A stretch of DNA of 64,000 nt from Candidatus Bathyarchaeota archaeon. GTDB lineage: Archaea; Thermoproteota; Bathyarchaeia; 40CM-2-53-6. The stretch lies in the NCBI GenBank assembly GCA_963706285.1, contig CAVPLU010000004.1, positions 128,001 through 192,000 on the forward strand. The letters run 5' to 3'. The notes beneath the pieces are model-generated. The model did not search any database, was not told the origin of the DNA, and saw only the letters and a program-made list of their open reading frames with translations. The position numbers were made by a program, and so were the translations under genes. Shown piece after piece: positions 44,448-55,137 of the stretch; positions within the stretch are counted from its first letter, which is position 1, and every line of letters starts with the position of its first letter.

Positions 44448-44916
44448 CTCCTCGCGTAACCAGCTTCACGTAGTCAGCATGTACCGTGATCGGAAGCGTG
44501 GCAAATCCTTCTTCAAGCAATTCGATAGTCACTTCTTCTTTCATCTTGTCGACATGAGTGATTCTAGCCTTGAGGCCTCTAAATGGGCCTCCAACAACTT
44601 CCACCGAGTCACCAACAGTGAGGTCTTCGATGACAGGTTTTGTGACTATGAATCGTTCCATGGCTTGAGGAGAGACCACTCCCTTCGTTCGAGCTCTCGC
44701 GTGGCGAACACCCGAGATCACATCGTCAACGATATGGGCGCCTGCTGCTTCGATGAAAATGTATCCCTTGATCACTTCAGGCGCAAGTATGCAAAATACC
44801 GGAGCCTTCTTGATCCCTGCTTTCGAAGCAATCAACTCAGTCGCGGTTCTCTCTTGTCCACTGGTTGTCCTGACCGCGAAGATGACGCTCGGTTTCTGCT
44901 GGATCTTTTCGGACAA
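44416..44916 (-). CDS. spt5: Transcription elongation factor Spt5
   Basis: AVRTTSGQE, KGYIFIE, KOW motif GGPFRG. Confidence 0.95.
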   Translation of the reverse strand: MSEKIQQKPSVIFAVRTTSGQERTATELIASKAGIKKAPVFCILAPEVIKGYIFIEAAGAHIVDDVISGVRHARARTKGVVSPQAMERFIVTKPVIEDLTVGDSVEVVGGPFRGLKARITHVDKMKEEVTIELLEEGFATLPITVHADYVKLVTRGGGEAGREETS

Positions 44917-44927
44917 GAAATACTACC

Positions 44928-45110
44928 TCATGGTCCCGTCGGAAGTAATCCGATGAATAGAAAGAGTATTCGAACAACAAAGCCAAGTCCGCCCACTATT
45001 GCGATTCCAAGAAAACTGATCTTCACCATCAGCGACAACTCAGTCCAAGTAGGTCGCGTGGTTACATGGAGTAGCCTTCTCGCAGACGTCAAGAAGTTAC
45101 GAGCGGCCAA
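44928..45110 (-). CDS. secE: SecE/Sec61-gamma
   Basis: RRLLHVTTRPTWTEL..LGIAIVGGLGF; upstream of spt5. Confidence 0.88.
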   Translation of the reverse strand: MAARNFLTSARRLLHVTTRPTWTELSLMVKISFLGIAIVGGLGFVVRILFLFIGLLPTGP

Positions 45111-45433
45111 TTTCCCAACTCCACGTGCTTGTACAATTTCTGTTGAACGCGTTGCCGCCTAATATTTTGGAGCCTTATTTAAGGTAGCTTTCTGATTTTG
45201 CTCGGATATTTGGTTCCTCTACTTGTTCGGTCAGTGACTACGTAGATTCCGTCTGGATATTCGCCCTTTCCATGTATGCCAATCTGGTCCGCCGGTGAGA
45301 TGGTCCGCATAACCGGCTTGCCAGCACACAGAATCAGAGGTCCAAACTACGGCCGCCGCACCACGTGACCCACACACGGCAGCAGAATACCTGCCGCCGC
45401 ATAAGAGGCAGGGCCGGAGTGAGCAATAAGTGT

Positions 45434-45814
45434 CTACAGCTGGGCTCCGCACTTCTCGCAGAACTTGCTCTCTATCGGTATCTTTGTTCCACAGCTGCGA
45501 CAGAACTTGGTTGAGCCAGCTGCTTGAACAACGGGTTCAGCCGGTTGTGTGGGAGCTGGAGGGCTCGGTTTTCCTGCAGATACGTAGACTGTTTCTCCGT
45601 TTTTCGTTTCCTTCTTGACGACGCCCTCCTCTACCAGGCCTTCCATCGTCTCCTCTGCTTCTTCTCGCGACACGCCCTCCCTCGCCGCAATCGTTGCGAG
45701 TGTGACGCCGCCAGCAGCCATTGACATTGACAGGACCGTTGCTCTCGTCAGTCGTCGAAATCCTCTTCGGACTCCTCTTCTGACCATTCTTCTCGCGCGA
45801 AACATATCGACCAC
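45434..45814 (-). CDS. Zinc-ribbon protein with Arg-rich N-terminus and HTH-like middle
   Basis: RARRMVRRGVRRGFRR; TLATIAAREGVSREEAEE..LVEEGVV; CRSCG..CEKCG. Confidence 0.75.
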   Translation of the reverse strand: MVDMFRARRMVRRGVRRGFRRLTRATVLSMSMAAGGVTLATIAAREGVSREEAEETMEGLVEEGVVKKETKNGETVYVSAGKPSPPAPTQPAEPVVQAAGSTKFCRSCGTKIPIESKFCEKCGAQL

Positions 45815-45956
45815 CTAATGGAACTCGTCTGCACCTCGAACTACAGTGAATCAGAATTTAAGACCTGTTCCCTTCTTGATTGCACCACATCGCCTCAGGA
45901 AGAAGTGACAACTGTTATATCCAATCTGGCGGCAGGATTTTCCGAGGGTTCGTGAG

Positions 45957-46088
45957 ATGTGGCGTGTACGTAGAGCCAGAGCTAGGAGAGCTATGTGGGG
46001 AACGTGGGGAATCGTCTTCGTTGTGATAATCATCCTGCTGATTCTCGTCGCCGTGTTGAGATGGCGATGGTTTCTCTGGCGATTCTAG
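45957..46088 (+). CDS. 43-aa single-TM Arg/Trp-rich microprotein
   Basis: MWRVRRARARRAMWGTWGIVFVVIIILLILVAVLRWRWFLWRF. Confidence 0.55.
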   Translation: MWRVRRARARRAMWGTWGIVFVVIIILLILVAVLRWRWFLWRF

Positions 46089-46700
46089 CAACACGGTTAC
46101 TGGATCAAGAGAGTTCACATCGAATAATTCTCGTTCGATCAGTGACATCAAAAAGTAGAGGGGACTGAATGTGGCTCTTGATCCTGTGCTCTCTGCTATC
46201 CTTGTAATATGCTTGCTTCTAGCGCTTGCCAATGCCTCGTCCGAGTTGCTCCCAAGATAGGTTGTCACGTGCTGTTGGTGAAATTCTTGGGAGTCAAGCT
46301 GGTCGCCCGTGGTGGCTGACAACTGAGCAGTGTTATTCCATTGAATCCGGGAGAAACCCACACCTATGAGAAGCTGCTTGCTTGACGTAGGGTCAACCCA
46401 CGTTGCTGCATCGGTCACAGAAAAGCGGGTCTACTTCGTATACTAGCATAGAGCGTATGACTTCTTACACACCATTGGGCCCTCATCTGAGCCCATTTAC
46501 AATTTCTACAGAAATATGGCCAGATAGAAGGGGAACAGCAGTACCTTGCGATTGCCGACGCCAGCCATCGCTAATTCGTAGTATGACCATTTCTTCTTGC
46601 GAAACAACTTCATTTCTTCAAAATCCGTCACGCATTCGAATCCGACCGAGTTCGCAAGTATCTTATAGATCATGGACAGGAGCTATCACGGCTTCGAGCA

Positions 46701-47492
46701 ATGCGCTCCAGTAGACTGTTTGCACTTGTTCTCCTGTTATTGTGTGCTGTGACTGGTCCTGAATCATCCTTTGCCGCAGAGTCTATCCCAAGTTCACCCT
46801 CGACAAATGAGGTTACGGTTGATGGCAAGTGGACCACTCCTGACGAATGGATAGACGCTACAGAGTTGCATGCAGCGGGAGGATTGGGCTATGTATGCAT
46901 CAAAGATGATGAAGAGTCTCTGTATGTTCTCATAGACTTCACATCGGATAGGACTTTAGATGATAGAGACATGGCAAGGGTCAGGTTGGATACTAGAAAC
47001 GACAAGTCGGACAAGCCTCAGGCCGACGATTATGTACTTCTTGTGGACTGGATTGCAGGCAAGATCATTGCCAGAGCCGCCAAAGGTAATGGGAGCGCGT
47101 GGGTCTCAGCAGGAGAGAATCTTGGCTTCAAGATTGAATCTTCAAACGATTCTGAGAATGATCCATATTCCGTACGGCCGCACGTAATCTACGAGTTTGC
47201 AATTCCCAGAGCGGTTCTTGGAGATGAATCAGAGATCGGGCTTTCTGCGACCGCCGGACATAAGATGGGCACGGCAGAAGCCAAGTTCATGAATCTTCCG
47301 AGAAGACATCACTTCTTCAGGCCGTCCACATGGAGCACACTGACATTCGCAACCCAATCTGAAACACAAGCTCCGTTAACTCAAAGGTCCCTGTTCACCG
47401 TGATTATGGTACTCATGGTTGTCGTGGCACTGGCGATTGCTGGCGTCTACTACTTGAGGAAGAGAAAAGGGAAAAAGCGTGAGCTGAAATGA
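46701..47492 (+). CDS. Secreted DOMON/CBM9-like protein with C-terminal TM anchor
   Basis: Signal peptide, VTVDGKW..DEW, SLYVLID, YEFAIP, TM plus basic tail. Confidence 0.75.
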   Translation: MRSSRLFALVLLLLCAVTGPESSFAAESIPSSPSTNEVTVDGKWTTPDEWIDATELHAAGGLGYVCIKDDEESLYVLIDFTSDRTLDDRDMARVRLDTRNDKSDKPQADDYVLLVDWIAGKIIARAAKGNGSAWVSAGENLGFKIESSNDSENDPYSVRPHVIYEFAIPRAVLGDESEIGLSATAGHKMGTAEAKFMNLPRRHHFFRPSTWSTLTFATQSETQAPLTQRSLFTVIMVLMVVVALAIAGVYYLRKRKGKKRELK

Positions 47493-49651
47493 AGAATCGA
47501 ATTCGCATACTTCTTATCATAATTTTGATCTTGGAAATAGCACCGGTAGCACTCGTGGGGTCCGCTGCACTTCCAAGAGGGGTCTCTCTTGAGATAACGC
47601 ATGTAGGAGTAGGGGGCGGGCGGGACCAAGTTGCTGTGGGGGAAGTCTTCGACATATTTCCTGAAATGAAGTATTCTGGCATGCCAGACCGTACGCAGGT
47701 GGATGTGGTCCTATACTACGGGGCAGGAATCTACATCACTCAGGTAATCGACACCTATACTCAGTACGTGACTGGAAGCGGCACCTTCGCCACACGATTC
47801 TCCATGGCGGTCCAAGAAGCAGGACACCATGACGACATATTTGTTGGTTTGTATACTTCACTCGTGTGCATTTCTCATTCAGCATATAGCGACCATGCTC
47901 AAATGGTTCCTTGTTCGATTGACACACAGTACGTTGTCATAGACGCTTTTGATGTGGAAATGAATCTCGACGTAGACTATCCAAACAGCAATTTGGCTGT
48001 AGGCGAGAAGTTTCCAGTCATAGCTACGGTGGAGTATAGCAACATTCCGGTGAATTTCAATATCGAGTATAACATATGGGAGAATAGCGATGAGGCACTC
48101 TATAGGGGGGGGTTATTGGATGGATATGATGACCGGCCTGACCCGATTGGAATCGGTAAGACAGGCACCAGGTCGCATACGTTCACAATCTCACTTGACA
48201 GCCCCGGCCTGACAGAGCTCCGCGTGACGGTTGGATGGGGAGGCGATCCCACCACCACCAACACGGGAGGAAATGCCTACGTAGATACCGAAACCTTCCT
48301 GGTCAACATAGTAAGCGCAGATCTCGCGACGTCAGCTCAGGTATTGATTCTAGATATCGACTATGCCAGTCCTCCCGAGACGGTTCAGGCCCATGAGGAA
48401 ACCCCAATCATCGTCAAAGCCGAATACGATGGTCTAGAACAAGGTTCGAAACTGTCCGTTGACATCTATGACCTGAGTACTGGCTCGTTTCTGGATGGTG
48501 AAGTCTCTGAACTGCTGGGAGGGTTCGGAACATACACTTTCCGCCCGGTAGAAGTTACCCCTACGAGAGCCGGCAGTTGGAGTTTTCGTGTCGAAGTAGA
48601 GGCAACCACGGCCGCTCACACAGTCGCGAAGGTAACAAATGATTTTTCCATGACAGTGGTCGCTGGCGAAGCCGCACAGATAACGATCACAACGATCCAG
48701 TACGTTGGGTCGCCTGAGACAATTGCTATCGGCGAGTCCACGCCCGTAGCGGTGACTACCAAATACTCAAACTTGATTTCTGGCAGCCGACTGATCCTCT
48801 GGATCAAAGACTTGGACAAGAATGTAGCGTGCGAAGGCGGCACGTTATCATCGATTGCTCTCTCTGGGAGTGGAACGTACACGTTCCCCCAGCTCAAAAT
48901 CAAACCATCGAGAGCAGGCGACTGGCGTCTAGAGGCTGAGGTTGAGTTCAACGGTGACACCGTAGCCACGAAGCAGTTCACCATAACGGTCGTCAGTACG
49001 GGCAGCACCCAAGCAGGGCAAGTCATTATCACCAAATTCCTTTATGTCAGATCTCCGGAGACGGTCGCCGTCGAAGAGACCACGCCAATAACAGTTTCGA
49101 TCCATTACCAAAACTTGCCAGGAAACACCAAACTCAAGGCATTCGTCAATGACGAAGGCGCTCACATACAAGTAGGATCAGCAACTTCAACGTCTCTATC
49201 TGGAAACGGGGAATACACCTTCTCCAACATGGCGATAAAGCCCTCCAGAGTTGGAGATTGGCGTCTTACTGTAGGAGTTACAGGCTATCCGGACGCAGTC
49301 GAAGCATTCACGATCAAGGTGGTAGCGCCGACAGGTGAACCTCGGGTTCAAGTCAAAGGCGTGAAGCCGCCGCCCGGCACATTGAAGGTCGGCGAGCCTG
49401 CACCAATAACGGTCGCAATCAGTTATCAGAACTTAGCTCCAGGAACAAAGCTAACAGTCATCGTCCATGATTCTGACACTCACAAGGACCTGACTTCCGT
49501 GACATCGATTGCGCTCTCAGGGACCGGCACATACACCTTCACCACGATCACGATCACGCCAACCAAAGACGGAACCTGGCATCTGGGCCTTATGATCTCA
49601 GACTACCCAGACACCAAGACGGAGTTTACCGTGAACGTCGTGAAGAAATAG
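47489..49651 (+). CDS. Secreted protein with tandem Ig-like repeats of about 110 aa
   Basis: At least four repeats of PET..GE.TP..V..Y..L....SG.GTYTF....P.R.G.W.L. Confidence 0.85.
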   Translation: MKNRIRILLIIILILEIAPVALVGSAALPRGVSLEITHVGVGGGRDQVAVGEVFDIFPEMKYSGMPDRTQVDVVLYYGAGIYITQVIDTYTQYVTGSGTFATRFSMAVQEAGHHDDIFVGLYTSLVCISHSAYSDHAQMVPCSIDTQYVVIDAFDVEMNLDVDYPNSNLAVGEKFPVIATVEYSNIPVNFNIEYNIWENSDEALYRGGLLDGYDDRPDPIGIGKTGTRSHTFTISLDSPGLTELRVTVGWGGDPTTTNTGGNAYVDTETFLVNIVSADLATSAQVLILDIDYASPPETVQAHEETPIIVKAEYDGLEQGSKLSVDIYDLSTGSFLDGEVSELLGGFGTYTFRPVEVTPTRAGSWSFRVEVEATTAAHTVAKVTNDFSMTVVAGEAAQITITTIQYVGSPETIAIGESTPVAVTTKYSNLISGSRLILWIKDLDKNVACEGGTLSSIALSGSGTYTFPQLKIKPSRAGDWRLEAEVEFNGDTVATKQFTITVVSTGSTQAGQVIITKFLYVRSPETVAVEETTPITVSIHYQNLPGNTKLKAFVNDEGAHIQVGSATSTSLSGNGEYTFSNMAIKPSRVGDWRLTVGVTGYPDAVEAFTIKVVAPTGEPRVQVKGVKPPPGTLKVGEPAPITVAISYQNLAPGTKLTVIVHDSDTHKDLTSVTSIALSGTGTYTFTTITITPTKDGTWHLGLMISDYPDTKTEFTVNVVKK

Positions 49652-49803
49652 GCCTCCCTTCGTTGCACACACAAATCTGAAACGATGGGCCATCAAGGGT
49701 TCAAATGCTGACGCCTGCACCAAGGTACCGGGGATATAGGTAATTCGTGGTTTTGGTGTGCCACATGGAAGTCCGGAAAGGCACGTGTAAACCATTCCGG
49801 ACG

Positions 49804-49973
49804 GTGGTGGGAGGATCGACTGCTAACCTGAGGATGGCGGCTTAGGGGTTGGCTCCGATGCAGCCACAGGTTTGCGTCGCTTGCCGAAGTAGTATGCCGC
49901 GACGGCGACCACCACAACCACGAGCAGGACCAAGTAGATCAATCCGCCACTCAACGCTCGTCCCACCCCTTGG
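49804..49973. repeat. 170-bp perfect direct repeat, copy 1
   Basis: Identical to 51385-51554 by manual comparison. Confidence 0.93.
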
Positions 49974-50795
49974 TCTGCCCCACCGGCCTCAGGAGTGGTC
50001 ACAGGCTGAGTTAGTGTTGCTGCGACCGAGGTGAGCCGTGTCGTGGACGCCGAGCCGCCGACTGTAGACAGCTGTGGTTACCGATAGCGTGAACGTTGCG
50101 GTTCTCTGCAAGCTGCCCGCTACGCCGACGACGTTAATCGTGTACGTGCCAGGAGGCGTCTGGGCCGTGGTCGATATCTTGAGGACTGACGTGAACGGGG
50201 AAGTCCCTTTGGCGGTCGAGAGGCTTGCGCTGATTCCGGCAACTGGAGGAATCGTGTACATAAGCGATACCGCCTCTGCTGACCCGCCAATTAGCCCCAC
50301 GTTTACAGTGCATGAGGTGGATTCCCCGGGCCTCAATGATCCGTGGTCGGGATCAACCTTAACGGAGAAATCGAACACACGCTGAACAGTCACTGCTATG
50401 GTGATCTCCTGATAAGTGAATGGCTGGCCGAGCAACCAGGTTTGGCAACTCAAGTGCCAGTCTCCAGGTCTCGTTGGGGTTATGACCATGGAGAACGTAT
50501 GTCTGCCACTGCCCGACAGAGGCACGTACCCTGTGCCAGCAATCAGGTCGTATGTAGTTAAGTCCTGAATCTGGGCCGCTACTTTTGTGTTTGGCAGTAG
50601 GTTGGTGTAGCGAACGGTCACGGTTACGGTGGTGGCTTCCCCGACGGCTATCGTGTCCGGAGGCTTGACGTAGCCGATGTCGACAATCTCCACTGTGGGG
50701 GCCTGGCTTGAAGCGTGGGGAAGTGATAGGAGCGCGCCAGTTATGAAGAGCATCATCAGAACGGCGAGCATGACTCCTTTCTTGAACCTAGCCAT
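49823..50795 (-). CDS. Two-domain surface protein with TM anchor (indel near 50067)
   Basis: Signal peptide; domain 1 like the repeats of 47489; domain 2 and anchor paralogous to 51404. Confidence 0.8.
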
Positions 50796-51112
50796 CTGAG
50801 CCACTTGATCCAAATGCGTCAGATCCTGTGCAAGTCGCCAGTCGGCCCGGTTATGATTTAACACTACCGACTTAGTTGACTCGGACGTTGTTACGCAAGA
50901 GGAAATCATGTGACGAATGAGCGACGGCTGCAATGGGCAATAGCGAGGCTGTCGTTCGAAAGGCTACCAAGGTATCGATGAGCCTAGTCACTTCCACTAT
51001 TGTTTGGACTGATTGCGGGCACACTGGGTGAGTCAAAATCAATGGTTCAAGTCGCGGTCAACATAGCCCCTTATCCAAATTGCTATATACATGAAATCTG
51101 CACGGGTTGTGC

Positions 51113-51274
51113 ATGGTCAACCTAATCGGTCTACTTCTTGTTCTGCTAGTAGTCTTCGTCCTGTTCACCGTTCTAGGATTCGCCTTCAGAGCATTGAAAT
51201 GGCTCATCTCAATCGGCATAGTCGTCGTCATCATCCTACTCATAATTGGGCTCCTTGGAAGGCTGCCGGTGTAG
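51113..51274 (+). CDS. 53-aa two-TM microprotein
   Basis: MVNLIGLLLVLLVVFVLFTVLGFAFRALKWLISIGIVVVIILLIIGLLGRLPV. Confidence 0.6.
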   Translation: MVNLIGLLLVLLVVFVLFTVLGFAFRALKWLISIGIVVVIILLIIGLLGRLPV

Positions 51275-51384
51275 CAAGCTCGGTTGTCTCTCGCGTCTAC
51301 GCAGGGCCACCTGTCTGGAAGCCTAAATGGTCTTTTCACTGAGTATTCTAGGAACCTTCGCCTTTCTGTTCTGCGATCCGGACA

Positions 51385-51554
51385 GTGGTGGGAGGATCGA
51401 CTGCTAACCTGAGGATGGCGGCTTAGGGGTTGGCTCCGATGCAGCCACAGGTTTGCGTCGCTTGCCGAAGTAGTATGCCGCGACGGCGACCACCACAACC
51501 ACGAGCAGGACCAAGTAGATCAATCCGCCACTCAACGCTCGTCCCACCCCTTGG
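51385..51554. repeat. 170-bp perfect direct repeat, copy 2
   Basis: Identical to 49804-49973. Confidence 0.93.
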
Positions 51555-52075
51555 CCCGCCTCACCAGCCTCAGTAGTGGCAATGGTAGGCTGTGTTATTG
51601 TTCCCGCGGTCGAGGTGAGCCGTGTCGTGGACGCCGAACCGCCGCCTGTAACAGCTGTGGTTACTGTTTTCGCGCTTTCAAGTTTCAGCGTAACGGACGC
51701 TACTCTAGTGACTGTCCCTGCGACTCCAGCGACGTTGATTGTGTAAGTGCCCGGAGGAGTTTGGGTCGTGGTGTCTATTCTAAGGGTTGACTTGAAGAGC
51801 GGAATTCCCTTGGTCCTGTCGAGCTTTGCACTGAGTCCGGGGACAGGCGGGATGGTATATGTGAGTGTCACCTCTGAGGGCTGACCGCTAACAACCCCTA
51901 CACTCACTTCAGCTATGGCATACTGTCCCTGCCTTATGGCTACGACTTCGGGCTCAAACTTAAGGGCGAAGTCGAAACTCGCCGCCGCGATAGTTATGGG
52001 GACCGACACAAGCAGCGTAGCAGCAAACAGGATAACAAGAGATGCTGATGCAGCATATCTCACGTGATTGCCCAT
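51404..52075 (-). CDS. Surface protein: signal peptide, beta-sandwich, Thr-rich linker, TM anchor
   Basis: FDF..TPPGTYTINV domain; TM plus KRRK. Confidence 0.85.
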   Translation of the reverse strand: MGNHVRYAASASLVILFAATLLVSVPITIAAASFDFALKFEPEVVAIRQGQYAIAEVSVGVVSGQPSEVTLTYTIPPVPGLSAKLDRTKGIPLFKSTLRIDTTTQTPPGTYTINVAGVAGTVTRVASVTLKLESAKTVTTAVTGGGSASTTRLTSTAGTITQPTIATTEAGEAGQGVGRALSGGLIYLVLLVVVVVAVAAYYFGKRRKPVAASEPTPKPPSSG

Positions 52076-52428
52076 GTGAATATGTCACCCTAATCCAATC
52101 GTTCTGATTGCTAGAACTGCCATCTCCATCGGAGCGCAGCAACGAAGAAGAACGTTAGACCCAACATAGCTCCTTGCCCTCCTTCCTCTTGGCCCCATTC
52201 GAAACCTCTCACTCGTCCGCAGTAGTCCGGTGCATTTTCAGACTTAACACTTGCCTTCTTGACATCTGCAATCGTACCCAATTACCAGCACTGCCGTGAT
52301 TGGGAGTCTCCTAGTGTGCCCACCCGAACCGTCATTGGAGTTGAATTGTGTGTACCTTGGTGCTAGCATCGAGAATTGGACCGTCGTGCGTCGTTGTTTA
52401 GGGTATCCAACTTCCATTGGTCAGCCAT

Positions 52429-53239
52429 TCAGATCATTACCACTTCGCGGCCTGATCTCTTGAGATATTCCACCAGGACCGCTCGCTCGGGTCCGCGCAC
52501 TCCTTTCTTGTCTATGACCGCGCGAGAACAGTCGCCCACGGTTCTACGGAATGCGAGTTCAACGAGAGCTGCGTCATAACTATCGAAAAAGTACTTTGAG
52601 AGGATGTGTCCAAACGCGAAGTCACCTTTCACGACGGCGTCAGTGTGCTTCCAAGAGTAGTGACCTCCGCCGAAGCCGACCGCGGGAGTTGCTTTGGTCG
52701 GGGATGTCGCAGCTGCCCATATTGCGCAGGCCACAGCTTTTCCAGCCATTGGGTCTTCCCATTGTTTGGCAGAGCTACCGATCTCCACAAACATGCAAGG
52801 CACTGGAAGCTCAGTGGGCCCATGATGTGTGGCTTCAAGGGACACCAGATAGGAAAGGCCAAGCTCTTCGCGGGCCTCGGACAGCGACAACAGCGCTGCT
52901 CGCATCCTGTTCGGCTCAACCAGCGCGAGGCTTCTCGGCCTGCCCCCGTACGGCGCCTCGTTCAGAACGTTTCCAGGACAATGGACGGTGAGGCATGGAC
53001 CACCCTTCTCGCTCGTGTGCCTTGAGGCGAAAATCACAGACGTTGCGCCTGCAAACCTCTCTACCGAATCAAGATGGATGGTCTCCTCTCTTCGTTCGAA
53101 CAAGGAGGATGTCGTCTCTGCGAAGGATACTTGGATCTGAATGTTCTGTGGTCTTGTCAAAACCATAGTCGCGGGCGAGACATGATGCTATGTTGAGGCC
53201 CGCGTGATCCTTTTCCGACGCAACTACAAGGACAGCCAT
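52429..53239 (-). CDS. dtdA: D-aminoacyl-tRNA deacylase, archaeal DTD2 (indel near 53085)
   Basis: S..D.AGLNI, SRH, LTVH.PGN, EATHHGP, FVEIGS, GGGHY. Confidence 0.93.
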
Positions 53240-53269
53240 TGATGAGTACGTCTCGCGTCTGGGGTCGTG

Positions 53270-54175
53270 TCAACCGATGATCCTGTTGACGATCGTGGTT
53301 GGGTCGAACGAAATCAGGTCCTCATAGGCTTGTCCCGTGCCAGCGAATATTACAGGTTTCCCGATCTCGGCCGCGAGCGAAATCGCACTTCCGCCTCTTG
53401 CATCAGCGTCAAGTTTGGTTAGAGTAATGCCGTCTATTCTCACAGATTCGCTGAAAGATCGTCCCTGTTCAACAGCGTCGTTTCCGGTTAAGGAGTCCAC
53501 GACGAGCATTACGAAATCAGGAGACGCTACGCGAACGATCTTCTTCATCTCATCAAGTAGGTTTCGCTTGGTCTGCATTCTTCCAGCTGTGTCGATGAGA
53601 ACTATGTTTATTCCATTTGCACGAGCATGATTGATCGAATCAAAGGCCACAGCAGCGGCGTCAGCGCCGTACGTGTGCTTTATAGTCTTCACGTCAAGGC
53701 GCCTAGCGTGTTCTTCGAGCTGTTCAATAGATCCTGTCCGATACGTGTCCCCACACGCAATCACAACAGAGTACCCTCGATTCTTGAGAAGGTATGCAAT
53801 CTTCGCGACCGTTGTGGTTTTGCCCGTCCCATTTATGCCGACAAAGACTATGATCGCGGGCTCATGTGCCTGTTTTTTCATGTTGATTTTCTCAAAGAAG
53901 CTGCCTTCACCGCTCCCCTTAAGCGCGTCGAGGAGAACTTCACGAACGATTGACCTTACTGGTTGACGACGATCACCCAGGCGTGAAACCTGAACGCTCG
54001 CAGCCCTTTGCCTTATCCCATCGCAAATGCGCTCCGCCACAAGATAGGCGACATCGTTCTCAGCAAGCGTCGTCTTAAGCTCCTGCAAGAGTTGTTCAAG
54101 ATCTTTTCCGGTGAGTTCGGTCTTTGAGATCTTATCCACAATCGAGTCTAGATTTGATCTGAGCTTCTCGAACAA
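53270..54175 (-). CDS. ftsY: SRP receptor FtsY
   Basis: GINGTGKTTT, DTYR, DTAGR, TKLDAD.RGG, GTGQ. Confidence 0.97.
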   Translation of the reverse strand: MFEKLRSNLDSIVDKISKTELTGKDLEQLLQELKTTLAENDVAYLVAERICDGIRQRAASVQVSRLGDRRQPVRSIVREVLLDALKGSGEGSFFEKINMKKQAHEPAIIVFVGINGTGKTTTVAKIAYLLKNRGYSVVIACGDTYRTGSIEQLEEHARRLDVKTIKHTYGADAAAVAFDSINHARANGINIVLIDTAGRMQTKRNLLDEMKKIVRVASPDFVMLVVDSLTGNDAVEQGRSFSESVRIDGITLTKLDADARGGSAISLAAEIGKPVIFAGTGQAYEDLISFDPTTIVNRIIG

Positions 54176-54227
54176 CCCGTAGCACCTCGACGGAGTGCAG
54201 TTCGCATGTTATCTCGAATCGAAGTTT

Positions 54228-54692
54228 CTAGATGGTTGTAATGGATTCGCCGCCGTGCTTCTTCACGAGCAGGTTAATCGATTCCCGGTTCTGCTCCATT
54301 TTGGTTAACGTCTGCGTTAGCTGTTCCTCGATCGTGGTCCGAGCCTTATCTAAGTTGGCTATTCTGCCCTTGATTTCGTTGATGGAATCATCGATCGGTT
54401 TCTCGACTGCGACTCCAGCGCCTATGCCCATCACGATCTTTGAAACATCCGCGAGTTTCGCTCGAACATGGGAGCCAGCTCCGATCGGGATGAGAGCTTC
54501 CGTTTCTGTTTTCTGCGTCTTGATGCCTTGAAGAGTAGTTTGGGCGATTGCAGAGTCGCGTAGGGCAGCACTAACCAACTCAAGTCTCTCTTGTAGCGAC
54601 CGCGCGGATTCTTCTAAGACTCTTTGCTCCAACAAGAGTCTCTGGAACTCTTGGTCGTCGCTGGTGACTCTTACACTCGCCACTTTCTTCAA
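54228..54692 (-). CDS. pfdA: Prefoldin alpha subunit
   Basis: Coiled coils flanking LIPIGAG..MGIGAGVAVEK. Confidence 0.93.
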   Translation of the reverse strand: MKKVASVRVTSDDQEFQRLLLEQRVLEESARSLQERLELVSAALRDSAIAQTTLQGIKTQKTETEALIPIGAGSHVRAKLADVSKIVMGIGAGVAVEKPIDDSINEIKGRIANLDKARTTIEEQLTQTLTKMEQNRESINLLVKKHGGESITTI

Positions 54693-54703
54693 CCTCCATG
54701 TCT

Positions 54704-54901
54704 TCAGACTTCAGTCTTCATTTCTTCGATCTTCTTGAGCTTGATCTCAAGTCTTCTGGCTTTGTGCCTACTACCCACCTCAGCATAGACTCGTTCGATC
54801 GCTTCTTGCTCTTTCGTTGCTCTCATTACCAACGCGAACGGAATAACAGTGCGGGGTTTCTTCACTTCACCCGTAATTCTGAAGGTCTTAACGTCAATCA
54901 A
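54704..54901 (-). CDS. rpl18a: Ribosomal protein eL20 (L18Ae/LX)
   Basis: KTFRITG..AIERVYAEVGSRHK.RR..I. Confidence 0.92.
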   Translation of the reverse strand: MIDVKTFRITGEVKKPRTVIPFALVMRATKEQEAIERVYAEVGSRHKARRLEIKLKKIEEMKTEV

Positions 54902-55137
54902 CGAACATCACTAAGGGGGGAGGAGGTTCTATGGAAGATAGTCTCCACTATAAAGCTGCCCAAGGTGCACCACGTCGTCACAAATCATAGCCTTGCTGAC
55001 TGCGCCAGAGTGTTCGACGTCTTGAGGTCGAGATCTGCCGATCTATCTGACCTTGACGGTGGGCGGTGCGAGTTCTCCAAACGTTTTTATGAATCTCCGA
55101 ACATCAGCCTGCGGAACTTTCCAGAAGGAAAACGCGA

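Noticed and set aside
49804-51663. Repeat pair as a DGR template/variable region
   Set aside because: Differences are not adenine-specific, both copies are coding and there is no reverse transcriptase in the window.
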